64,000 nt of DNA from Lytechinus pictus (lineage: Eukaryota). The notes beneath the pieces are model-generated. The model did not search any database. It worked only from the letters and a program-made list of their open reading frames with translations, and had not been told where the DNA came from. The stretch lies in assembly GCF_037042905.1 (NCBI RefSeq), contig NC_087245.1:29326001-29390000 (forward strand), given 5' to 3'. Both the position numbers and the translations under genes were made by a program. Positions 1 to 11,443 of this stretch are shown here, one piece after another; within the stretch, counting starts at the first letter, position 1; each line of letters opens with the position of its first letter.

Positions 1-370
1 ATGGATAATGATCATGATCATAATAATAATAATGATATCAATAATGATACTTATAATAATATCAACAGTAATAACGACGACGATGATGCTGCNNNNNNNN
101 NNNNNNNNNNNNNNNNNNNNNNNNNNNNNNNNNNNNNNNNNNNNNNNNNNNNNNNNNNNNNNNNNNNNNNNNNNNNNNNNNNNNNNNNNNNNNNNNNNNN
201 NNNNNNNNNNNNNNNNNNNNNNNNNNNNNNNNNNNNNNNNNNNNNNNNNNNNNNNNNNNNNNNNNNNNNNNNNNNNNNNNNNNNTTGATGATAACTATAC
301 CGGTAATAAAAATAATAATAATAATAATAATATTGATAAAAATCATGATAATAATAATAAATTATAATAA
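1..370. repeat. AAT/GAT microsatellite spanning an assembly gap (N 93-284)
   Basis: (AAT)n/(GAT)n on both sides of the N run. Confidence 0.85.
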
Positions 371-389
371 AGTAGCGCATTTCATTATA

Positions 390-1381
390 CAGTGCGTATC
401 AAAAAAAAGTTTACACTTTGAAAAAATCCTGTAAAATTATACATTTGTAATATCCTGAACACTTTTCCACATTTCAACATTGGTACAGGTCCATTTAATC
501 AAATGACGATATAACTGTCGAAGAATATTTCCGCTTGAGTGAGCACCACTTACTTTTGAAAAGTTAGTGAAAATGATTTGTGCAGAACTTTAAAAAAGTT
601 ATGCGAATAAAAGTAGACCTTAATCATGAAGAACACTTAGAATTTAGCTATTAAAATTGATTTAAAGATATCTTTTACCTTTTTTGACTTGTTTCCTTGC
701 CCAAAACACTTCGAAGAGAGCATTTCACCCCACCCCTCTCCCCCACACACCGAGGCCATCGTGACGATATTTGCTTTACACTGAGCTGTGATTTACATGG
801 AATGGCTTAAGCTTGATTTTCATTTTGTTAATCATTGCCAAGCTTGGGAAAAGTGTGAAGAAACAAGTATTAAATGAAAAATGAAATGTAAACCCACTTT
901 CAATGATAAAAACTGAGTGAAATAATGCTGGAGATGTCTGATTTAAACTTTTGTTCAGATTCAGTTATGTCCTCAGATCCAGCTGGCACAAAAAGGGTAA
1001 AGGTTGTGCTTACTAAGTGCTGAAATTTCGATTTGGGTGGCAAAATTGTTTGGGTGACAAAATGCTTGAATGTATCCGTCTTATTTCAACTGACTGAAAG
1101 TGCAAGGGAAATGTATGAGAAATGTTTCGCAGGGTAAGTTTGATTTCGCCGTTTCCCCTTAACACAGCGTGAAAACGAGCATTTCTGCGCAAACAGATTT
1201 CTGCGAGCTTTACAAAAATGGACAGTGCTCACTCAAGTTTAACTTTCTGACAAAACTTTTACTTTCATTGGATAGATGAGACCCAAACCCAAGATTATAT
1301 GTGAAAAAATTACCCACATGTTGTATATTTTTTAATTCCCAGGGCTTTTTCAAAGTGTAAACTTTTTTTTGATACGCACTG
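390..1381. mobile_element. Non-autonomous Tc1/mariner-type DNA transposon in a CYP46 intron
   Basis: TIR CAGTGCGTATCAAAAAAAAGTTTACACTTTGAAAAA at 390, with its reverse complement ending at 1381. TA on both flanks; no transposase ORF. Confidence 0.85.
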
Positions 1382-1763
1382 TATAACAAAGAAATAGACA
1401 TGTATGCCTACATATTACAGTATTACTCACTATTTGATCATGGAAAGAACCTCTCGCATGAGTTAGTCACCAATAAAATAATTATTCATACAATATAACA
1501 ACTACTAAATAATTATGAAAAGATATATTTTAAACAAGGACTTGAAAGTTGAGTAATGATAACAATATTAACAATAATAAAAAAAACAATACGAATATTA
1601 ATTAAGATTATTTAAAAAAAAAGATTAAAAAAGTATTCCAAGACGATGATGATAATCGTGACGATGAGGATACTGAAAAGGAGGAGAAAACCGAAAATGT
1701 ATTATTCCTTCATGTTTCTGAGAGAAAATATCTTACAAGGAGATAAAAGTTGTAAGAGCTAAC

Positions 1764-3698
1764 CTGCTACGAAGAATGTCCCAAACTCGTCAATCATGTC
1801 TGCTGTGTCGATGTTTTGTCCGTTGCAGAGATCGTCTTCGACTTCAAGGATACATGTCAAGATGTCCTTAGGCAACTCATCTCCTCTCTTCTTTGCCGCT
1901 CTTCTCTGTTCAATGCAATCCTTGCCATATTTTCGTACCAGTTTAATGGCGTCGCGCACTGAGCGGCGATATTTACGAGCCTTACTGCGAGGATCCATCT
2001 GGAAGAAAAAAGATAATTTTTGTAAAAAAAAAAGCTAGACGTAGATATAGATCTTATTTTACAGCAAAGATAACTATATTGTTTCAAGAATGGAAAAGGC
2101 CAAGAGTATATCTCTTCATATCGGTCAAAATGATTGAGCTGAGACACTGTACAAGCCGGGGGGGGGGGGGGGTCACCGTGTCCCGAGAGGACCAAACCAT
2201 GTGTGTGTTAAAATGAAACCCTAGGTTATTAGGATTACACCCAAGAGATTGCAACCGACACAAAAGAGTGTAAAAGTACAAATCAAAAGTGCTGTAATAA
2301 CACCCACAAGAGTTGAACTACTATTTAAAAGAAATAACACTGGGATAAAATGACTGGTGCATCAATCAACGCGACAGATTTTGCTGCGCACTCTTCCCAA
2401 TCTATCACTTCACAAAGAGTCAATTTCGTGTGGAGAAACAGCATGATCTGATGTATAAAAAAAGGTGGATTTTTAAGTTGTAAAGAAACGTTGAAATTCA
2501 GCAACACTAACCATCATCATAGGTTGCTTGAATATAACATCCATTCCTTCAAGAGCAAGCGCCACCGCCGACGGGAACGGGCAGTCAGGTCTCTCAACAG
2601 CGTTTACATCCATGTCAAATCCAACCTTAGTTGCAGAAAATGGAGAAGAAAAGTAAAATTTTTATAATGAATTGCTGATAATTCGACATAATTTACCATT
2701 AAAGACAGTGGTTAACGTGACGGAGGTAGGCCTATTCAGTATTTGTTCATTTGGATATCCTCCGGTTATTTTGGCTGAATTTGAGACCAACCATCTGATT
2801 TGCACTTTAGCGACGAAATGGTTACGAATATAAAACTGAAGAGTTTTGAAAACTGCTTCCCCGTGTGTGTCCAGAAAACTTTGCCCAATGTTTTGGATTT
2901 CTTTAGAAAGGGTCATTAATATAGGTGGCACGTATTTTTCATCTAATTACGCCAGCAGGACTTTAAACTCAACAGACACAGTCAATGTTGCCATCATAGT
3001 TCTCATTAAAGATAGTCATCATGCATAGAAAATGAAGGGAGAGAGGAGGAGTTACCTTTGCAATTACATCCAAGGTGACATCGTTGAAATGGTCTAGCAT
3101 TCTTACGAGCGTTTTGCCATCAGCTAGGGGAGCTAGGTGATCCCGCAAGCGGGTCGCACTGTCGTTGAAGAGATCCATCATTTGCATGAGATACCTGATA
3201 TAAGATTCAAAAAGCGGTCGTCACCTTTTTGTGTGGCACAAGACCCTTTATTTCAATTCAAACATGAAAACTACCCTACCGAGATATATTTTTTAAAAAC
3301 ATTATTGCAGCCACCACCCCCATCGTAAAATTAACCTTGCACGCTGCATATGATCACGAGTTGACGGATATTTAAAGTGCGTACTGCAGTCTTGAAAATA
3401 GCGATACATATTAAATAATCACGAGTTAAATTCAAGAAAAAATCATCGAAACCTGATGGAAATGATAAGGTATTGGATTATGGTTATTAGGTATTGGAAT
3501 TTGGTGATATTTTGAGAAAATTGGTATATGCATGCCCTCATGCTGAAAATGATATCATGTTCCCACTCTCACTTATATTTCTTTTAAATGAAATCACAAT
3601 TATTTAATATTTTAATACACGTGTGTAAAACATGTCTCCCTTCTAATAAAAATCAATTTCAGCAATGACTATCGTAAACAGTGAATGTGTAATATACA

Positions 3699-3733
<35 letters not shown>

Positions 3734-6700
3734 TATATTGTGATGAGGCCAAATTGAAAGATGACGCAGGACAATATATATATATCATTTGTAGATTACA
3801 CATTCACTGTTTACAATAGTTGGCCTCATCACAATATGTTTCATACTCACACCTCAAGAGCGTTTGGTACAANNNNNNNNNNNNNNNNNNNNNNNNNNNN
3901 NNNNNNNNNNNNNNNNNNNNNNNNNNNNNNNNNNNNNNNNNNNNNNNNNNNNNNNNNNNNNNNNNNNNNNNNNNNNNNNNNNNNNNNNNNNNNNNNNNNN
4001 NNNNNNNNNNNNNNNNNNNNNNNNNNNNNNNNNNNNNNNNNNNNNNNNNNNNNNNNNNNNNNNNNNNNNNNAGGTTAAAGAGATGACATCATCAGCTCGC
4101 TAATATAAATGATTCGCCAAAACAATGCAAAACTTTGAAATGTCATAACTAATAACTGTGCTATCCCTGGTAGATTTGTGATGAAATTCGCGGCGTTTTG
4201 CTTGGATGATTTTCGGACTCTTATCTGTTCAAATCATATAGGTTTTAGAAGTTTAGCATGGAGTACCTCTTCGATATTTGGATGTCACACCTGCACATAT
4301 GTCCCATTAGAGACGTGAATTAACTAGCAGTAAAATGAGGATTAAATTATTGGACTAATTCATATTGCCATTAGACAGAAAATACGTTTGAGATTTCACA
4401 TCTGACCATCAAACTGTATATTGACTGGCTCAATACGAAAATGAATCAATAATTGAAACATCTCAGGACGAATTCTCATTCATCCCCTGAAACATGAAAA
4501 CTACCCTATTTTTCCGCCCGTCCTAGAATCAGTATTAGATGGCGAATCATATGCATACAATGTCGTCAATTAGCTATATAAAATTAGAAATCTTGGGTCG
4601 AATGATTTTTTAAAGTGTTTATTTATTATTGTTTTTCATTTTCATTTATTTCTTTATTCATTTCATTTCGGGGGACTGTCTTTTTTATATTACGCCGTGG
4701 ATTTTGAGATTTACTCACTTTCGATTAAAGGCTGGGTTTAGGAGAGCTCGCCGTGTGTGCCATTTCTCGTGATCAGTTTGTGAGATCAGTCCGTTGCCCA
4801 TGAATCTCTCGCCAAACACGGAATAGAATCCTACGTACATGCTTTGTGGTTTAAGATGGCGGCTATCGAGGCAAACTTCCTGTTTTAAAGAAGATCGATG
4901 ATATCAGAGTTAAAGCTTGTGGATAAATCTCATCAAAAACCCCTCAAAATATTTTGACTTAAACACAAACACAAACAGAATATATAAGTTGAATATGATG
5001 ATGGTGATACATGTATGACTAATGACTAAGTGATTCACTAAAATTGTGAGCAATGACGAGATAAATGACAAAGTGGAAATAAGTGTTAAATCTTTCTATC
5101 TTGGGCATACCATTACAGGACTTAAACCTTTTCTCAGCTATCCCATGGTCGCCATAATGAATGATAAAATTGTATCAGTCAATAATTTACCTTCACCGCT
5201 TTAGAGTCGCAACATACCACCATCGGTTGTAAAACAAATCGCAGATAGAAGACTGGTCCGAGTTCCCTCGTCCTTGGTTAAAACAGAAACAATATAAGTA
5301 AAGAATTATTCTTTACTTTGTCCCCAAAACAAAAAAGAACATGTTAAGATATGCCTTAAAAAAGAGCGAGGTAATGTCACTTTTTTATAATTTTTTTTAT
5401 TTTGTGTTTTGTTTTCTGTTTTCTTTCTCTTTTAATTCATATTAGTGTAGTGCTTGGATGGGTATGGAACTTAAATCTAATTCATACTGGAACGCCTTCT
5501 GAATTAAGTTTTTAAGAGAGATGCAAATTTTCACTAAGAGATGCAAAATTTTAAGTGTTGATTGAAACATGTTTTAAATAAAACATGTTAAGTTTTTTCC
5601 AAATTCATTTTAACGAATCTTTAAGTCGGAATAGTGCCTCTATGCTGTTTTATGAAGTTATCTTTAAGCTTACCATTGGTACATCAGCAACAGGGGCGGG
5701 AAATCCAGCTTCTTCGCAACAGCATTGAAATGAGACAAGTGACCAGTGAAGAAGCTAGTGACGGAAAAAATAATATTCGAATCAGTCATATCTTCCTTGA
5801 GAGAAACCAGTTTAATCGTAGAAATTACAAATGGTGGCGCAAGGATATTCGATAGGGGTCAAGATCTTATTTTTTTAATCTCTTTCTCTCTCTCAATTAT
5901 ATTAGAAGGATACTACAAAGATACATGGTAGAACTTTTCATTCGTCACGAATTTGTATTTGTAGTGTACTGTACTATCATGGACCTACAAAGCCTTGTGT
6001 GAGAGCAAAGCCTTCTCGAGCTTGTAAATCGCATTATAGTCCTAGGCATAGTTTTACATCTCGTTTTGCCTGAGCGTCCTTCCAACATTCCCAGCTGAGG
6101 TCAGACTCGGCCTCGCTCCTCAAGAGCGACTGTCCTAGCTTCGCTTACGTAACGACAACAAGGACAGTCTCTCAGTCGCGTGCGGCCTCGCCCAGTGATG
6201 ACAGATCTCAGTCGCATGCGACCTCGCCTGACCTCACGCTGAGGACAGATCTGTTTTACATAAGTCCAGGGTCTCGCTCCGCTCGTCAAAAGAGTCTGCC
6301 CTTGTGTTTATATGCAACATCAAGGACCGACTCTCAGTGCCGTGCAGCCCATCTAGGCCGAGGACGAATGTTGTTCTTGGGAGAAGGATAGAAACTAGCT
6401 CAAGGATGCTTTGCTCGGTTTAGCTCTCTATAAAGGTAAAAGGGGTGGAAATTCGCATTTGAGAAGAGTTTTTCGGGGCATGTCTTGGAGTCCATTTCAG
6501 TCAAGTATAGTTGGATTGTGTCTATTCTATGGACAATCTAACCTAAAAGTCAGCTCTGCTTATTTCAATTTGCTGTTCCCAACTTGTGAGAGAATATACA
6601 CACATGTACAGATAGTTTATTTACATTCTGGGAGAGGGAAATTAAGAACTGAAGTGAGAACTTTTATACAGAGTCAATGAGAGGAGAAAAACGAACTGTT

Positions 6701-8008
6701 GGTGAAATCAGTGAGATCTGTGAGAGATTACATTAGAGCGGTTCATTGATTTCCAAACCCCGTAAAGATTTTGCAACAATATGTTATAAGCTACTTGAAC
6801 ATGTTAAAGTGTTCTGCAACTCAAGCCTGAGGGTTAATAAATTTCTCATTTATTTTATTTCATTTATTTGTAGTTTTATTATACAGGGTAGCATTGTCAG
6901 TTTCAGAACTGCTTTCCACACCGGCCCTGTCAACATACAATTTATTACAATTAATATAATTGAATCAGTGACATTTAAATAATCAATAGCACAATTAAAT
7001 ATTCACACATATGCATATCTATATAAACATGGTACCCAAAAGAATCGAAAAAAGGTAATAAACACAAGAAATATCCATTAAAATCTAAAGAAAGAATCAA
7101 TTGGTTTCAAAATATACGAAATCCCAAAACAAAACAAAAACAAAAACGATTTTGAAAATAAGAAAAAAGTAAAAAAAATCATATGAAGTTTGTCCTAATA
7201 CAAAAATGAAAATAAAATCAATATCAAACTATCACACATTTTCGTTAAACCAGGCATTGAAATTACTATTTTCCTTCATATATTTTTATTGTTTCATACG
7301 GTATACGGAAAATCATAATTTCCTTTAATTTTATCAAGTCCTGATTTAAAAGCATTTAACGACCGACTGGTTCTTTGATTTATATCGAGGTTGTTCCACC
7401 AGCATATCCCATGAATTCCAATGTCCTACTGGCCGCACAATTATTCAACTTGATGGTAACACTGAGAGAACTATTCATGCGGAATCAGTCAATTTCATGA
7501 CTTGGCCTGGCGACGATACATTTCATAGTAGGGTGCAAGGTCACTCGGGCATTTATATACTTAAATCATTCTATGTTGATTCCATCGAATGGGAACTTTT
7601 GCTACTTAAGTTCTCTAAACATATCAACTATGTGAGTTCTTGGATGTGCACCCAGAATCATTCTAGCCATTCTATTTTGTAACTTTGGCAACGCTAATGG
7701 AACGGTCATAAAGGGGGTCATATAACACTTTCCTACATCCTACTATTTAACACAACCGTTAACGTGATACCATGGAGCTATAAAACACAGACCATGGAGC
7801 TATATTAACACATGCTGATACGACGCACTCACACGTATTACCATAGAACAATTCAATCATACCTTGTCGGTCTTGGGCAAGGCAAATGTCCATATTTCCT
7901 GTTAAATCGATACAAAAACCACGTAAACACCACGAAGGCAATGCCAACTGTACATGTTACCACCAAGAATACATAGAAAAGTATGCTGACCGCGACATTT
8001 AACTCCAT
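1764..8008 (-). CDS. CYP46A1: Cytochrome P450, cholesterol 24-hydroxylase-like (CYP46 family); 5' part only, 7 exons, remaining exons lie beyond the left edge
   Basis: Exons (minus strand): 7863-8008, 5674-5754, 5191-5272, 4719-4879, 3056-3194, 2512-2625, 1764-1998, all GT-AG and phase-compatible. Spliced protein: MELNVAVSILFYVFLVVTCTVGIAFVVFTWFLYRFNRKYGHLPCPRPT-SFFTGHLSHF...YQW-TRELGPVFYLRF...-EVCLDSRHLKPQSMYVGFYSVFGERFMGNGLISQTDHEKWHTRRALLNPAFNRK-YLMQMMDLFND...LADGKTLVRMLDHFNDVTLDVIAK-VGFDMD...-...LPKDILTCIL...DEFGTFFVAG. It shows an N-terminal anchor, a proline hinge, the C-helix WxxxR and the start of the I-helix. FGERFxGxGL and ADGxTxVxM are CYP46 hallmarks. Confidence 0.92.
6848..7420 (-). 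mobile_element. CR1/L2 LINE 3' fragment in CYP46 intron 1
   Basis: Minus-strand GICWWNNLDINQRTSRSLNAFKSGLDK (matches the WN.L...SL..FK..L motif), then a T-rich UTR ending CCCTGTATAATAAAA...AATAAA. Confidence 0.55.
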
Positions 8009-8034
8009 TTTGGATAATCTTGGCCGTTGTGCGT

Positions 8035-9116
8035 CCCGGGGGGGGCACTCGACCAAAAAAGTGGTAGGGGTGTGCCGCGGGCGAGGCGAAAAACGGGGGC
8101 CTTGGAGCGGGCTTATTGTAAAAAGGAGGGTCCTCGGAACGGGCTTCGGAACTACAAATGTTTGTGAAAACGGGGGTCCTCGGAACGGATCTCCGTATCT
8201 CTGTGAGTGCGTATGCATCCCTATGGCCCGGGGGGGGGGCACTCAGTATATAATGCATAGTGGGTATGTGCCGCGGAGGGGACCCCCATTTTTACACTCA
8301 AATTTCCGTTCCAAGGCATAGCATTTTTGTCTTATTGAGAAATAGAACAAAGAAAGCCGCTCCAAGGCATATCATTTCCTTCTTATCGAGAAAAAAGAAG
8401 AAAGAAATCCGCTCCAAAGCTTCGCATATTTTTCGTTACGCCGTTCCGGTCGCATTGATCTGCTACAATTTTGGTGAAAAGCGGCCGTACAGCGCTTTTC
8501 GACCATCGCCTAAGCGCGAGCGCACCCGGCGGAGGCCGCGCTAGCTGCGTCATGCACGATTGCCCGTTCCATAGGGATGCATACGCACTCACAGAGATAC
8601 GGAGATCCGTTCCGAGGACCCCTGTTTTCACAAACATTTGTAGTTCCGAAGCCCGTTCCGAGGACCCTCCTTTTTACAATAAGCCCGCTCCAAGGCCCCC
8701 GTTTTTTGCCTCGCCCGCGGCACACCCCTACCACTTTTTTGGTCGAGTGCCCCCCCCCGGGCCCTATGGAACGGGCAATCGTGCATGACGCAGCTAGCAC
8801 GGCCTCCGCCGGGTGCGCTCGCACTTAGGCGATGGTCGAAAAGCGCTCTACGGCCGCTTTTCACCAAAATTGTAGCAGATCAATGCGACCGGAACGGCGT
8901 AACGAAAAATATGCGAGGCTTTGGAGCGGATTTCTTTCTTCTTTTTTTCTCGATAAGAAGGAAATGCTATGCCTTGGAGCGGCTTTCTTTGTTCTTTTTC
9001 TCAATAAGACAAAAATGCTATGCCTTGGAACGGAAATTTGAGTGTAAAAATGGGGGTCCCCTCCGCGGCACATACCCACTATGCATTATATACTGAGTGC
9101 CCCCCCCCCCCCCGGG
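8035..9116. mobile_element. Non-autonomous DNA transposon (MITE, CCCGGG-G-run-CACTC termini, 8-bp TSD); outer copy interrupted by a second copy
   Basis: TIRs CCCGGGGGGGGCACTC (8035) and GAGTGC(C)nGGG (9116). Perfect TSD TTGTGCGT at 8027-8034 and 9117-9124. Removing the inner copy leaves a ~539-bp element. Confidence 0.93.
8227..8761. mobile_element. Inner, inverted, intact 535-bp copy of the same MITE
   Basis: Starts CCCGG(G)nCACTCAGTATATAATG and ends GGTCGAGTGC(C)nGGG. Perfect TSD CCCTATGG at 8219-8226 and 8762-8769. Its sequence is the reverse complement of the rejoined outer halves. Confidence 0.93.
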
Positions 9117-9823
9117 TTGTGCGTACACGTATTGCCGGTATACGAACTCGAATCGCTTGTCTGTCCTCAAAGGTTGAGTGAGTTTCTTATGGTTAGATAA
9201 TACGGTTGTCGATCTGCCCGATCAGTACATATCCGAGCTTTGCAATGCTCACGATGGACTTTCCCCCAGTGCATGGGTCAAAGCATGTCTGGATCGATTT
9301 GTTTACTCATGGTTTCACGGGTACAAAACGTTTCCCATAAAGTGGCACTTCATTATAGGAATATTAAGATTTTTATCAGTAACGTCATATTCGAGCAGCT
9401 GCCTCGTATGTTACATCATGTATGTAATATAAAATGCATGAATTTCAATGTTTAATGGCTCCTGATGACTATTTTTTTTTCTTTTCCAGAATGTACAATT
9501 GCGGCAATTTAAAAAAAAAATGACATATTGATATTTTTTAATTCACAATACGTGGAAAGCTGCTACATTTGACGTCACAAATAAGAATAAACTTATGATA
9601 ACTAAGCTCTTTAATCTTTGATTGATTTTCCCTAAACCTTCTTCAGTGTTTTCTAATTATTTCCTCCTTTTTTTTTACTATAAACTTTTTCTCAAGGAGA
9701 ACTTCCCCTTTCACAGTTAAACATACAAACAGCATCATGTCATTTGCATTTTGCCCCCATTCACATTGTTAAGTTGAAGCTCACTGCACTTAAGAACTTT
9801 GTGCATATGGCGCACACACAATC

Positions 9824-9904
9824 TTAGGAAAGCTCATGATTTATCTTAAATTAGGAAAGCTCATGATTTATCTTAAGTTAGGAAAGCTCATGATTTATCT
9901 TAAG
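9824..9904. repeat. 27-bp tandem triplication
   Basis: TTAGGAAAGCTCATGATTTATCTTAA(A/G) x3. Confidence 0.9.
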
Positions 9905-10194
9905 TTACAATGTTTCCTGTCATCATGTAAACAGAAATAATAAGATATAATAAACAGGTAGCAATTTGCCTTATTATTCCGCCTTTTCAGGTCAAAACAT
10001 TTTAAGATGCAATTTTTGAGAAGGGATTTTCTTCACAACCAAATATAAAATTTATGTATATGAAACCGTCCATCTTGCTTGTCAGTCCAGCTTATACACA
10101 AATGACATGTCAGGCAAATAATGAATCCTAAATAAATACACGCAGTGCCGTATTCAGCGCACCCACAAAATCAAGCCAACAGTCACTGAATTAA

Positions 10195-10767
10195 AGGGAT
10201 GGTCCAGGCTGGAGATATTTATATCTCAATATATAGAGTAAAACTCACAGGGCAAAATGCTTAAAATTTGATCAAAATCGGATAACAAATAACAAAGTTA
10301 TTGAATTTTAAAGGTTTACATTTCTAGGCATGTCTTCATGAATATTCATTAGGTGGACAGATGATGTCATATTCCCACTTGTTCTTTTTTTATTTTATTA
10401 TATCAAAGTTTTACTACCAAGAACTATAACCAGATAACAATTGGATTGACAACTGATTAGTGCATTAATTATTTATTGCCGCAACTTATTTCATTTTAAT
10501 GCAGGCACATCATTTACACATGTATGTAAAAATGAAACAATTTCGTTTTAATGTTAGAAAAAGGGAAAGTGGGGATATGACATCATCAGCCATTCCTAAT
10601 GAATATTCATGACGATGTGCATAACTGTTTTCACAAAATATTGATATAATTTAAAATTCAATAACCTCGTTATTTGTCATCCGATTTCGATGATATTTTC
10701 AGCATTATGCTATGTCAATTTTACTTTATTTATTTAGATATGAATAATTTCAGTCCGGACCATCCCT
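10195..10767. mobile_element. TTAA-targeting MITE (Kolobok-like, AGGGATGGTCC termini)
   Basis: TTAA|AGGGATGGTCCAGGCTG...CAGTCCGGACCATCCCT|TTAA, with long imperfect palindromic arms. A related copy lies at 38043-38636. Confidence 0.8.
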
Positions 10768-11035
10768 TTAACGTGAGTATGGAAAAGATAATCCGAATTG
10801 TTGGGGCAAATATTCAGAGGTTACCCAGCATTACATTTTCAATTTACTTGCATGTGAAAGAAAATATTCTCACCTTTATACTGTACCTCTTATACCTGCC
10901 ATTACCCAATTAACTGATGTAAAAATCCCGGGGTTAAAATCACGTGGTACAAATTTTATTTTTCAAGTTTTGGCAAGTTAGCCTGAGATGAATGTGAGAT
11001 GAGTGATTTATTTTGTCACTTGACATGATCACTCT

Positions 11036-11443
11036 AAATAATAATAATAATAATAATATTCAGTTCTTTTATAGCGCATAACACATAGCAATGCATGTCC
11101 CTATGCACTTGGATGGAATTAAGGAAAGAAATTAGAAAGTAAGTAAAGAGTGTTGGGCACTGAGTTCATTACAAGTTAAACAGATACTTTTTTAGGGAAG
11201 TCTTAAACTTATCGAAATCATGAATATTTCTCATATAATTGGGAAGTGCATTCCATAAGACGGAAGAGGCATGTGCAAATGAGCGCTAACAATGGGAGGA
11301 ATAGCAAACAGCTGATTTGTGCTTGATCTTAGAGTACGAGTAGTCTGATGTAAAGTTAATAATTCGGTTAAATATGATGGAGCTATCTCATGGAAGCATT
11401 CATATGCAAAAACTAATGATTTGAAAGAAATACGAGAATGAAT
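11036..11443 (-). mobile_element. 5'-truncated L2 LINE (ORF2 C-terminus and 3' tail)
   Basis: Minus-strand translation IHSRISFKSLVFAYECFHEIAPSYLTELL...RTLRSS, then a frameshift, then RSFAHASSVLWNALPNYMR...FKTSLKKYLF*. Tail GCGCTATAAAAGAACTG followed by (TAT)n. Confidence 0.85.

Noticed and set aside
1-380. ORFs rich in X, N and I (also 3761-4103 and 32913-33164)
   Set aside because: Artefacts of N-gaps and microsatellites.
7565-7665. Possible duplicate P450 exon 2 (ILG.H... / FPFDGINIE)
   Set aside because: It contains stops and has no GT donor; the true 81-nt exon 2 at 5674-5754 fits both phase and homology.
7902-9096. Dense cluster of overlapping 70-120-aa ORFs on both strands
   Set aside because: They arise from the GC-rich nested MITE; the same peptides recur on opposite strands because of the inversion, and there is no transposase motif.
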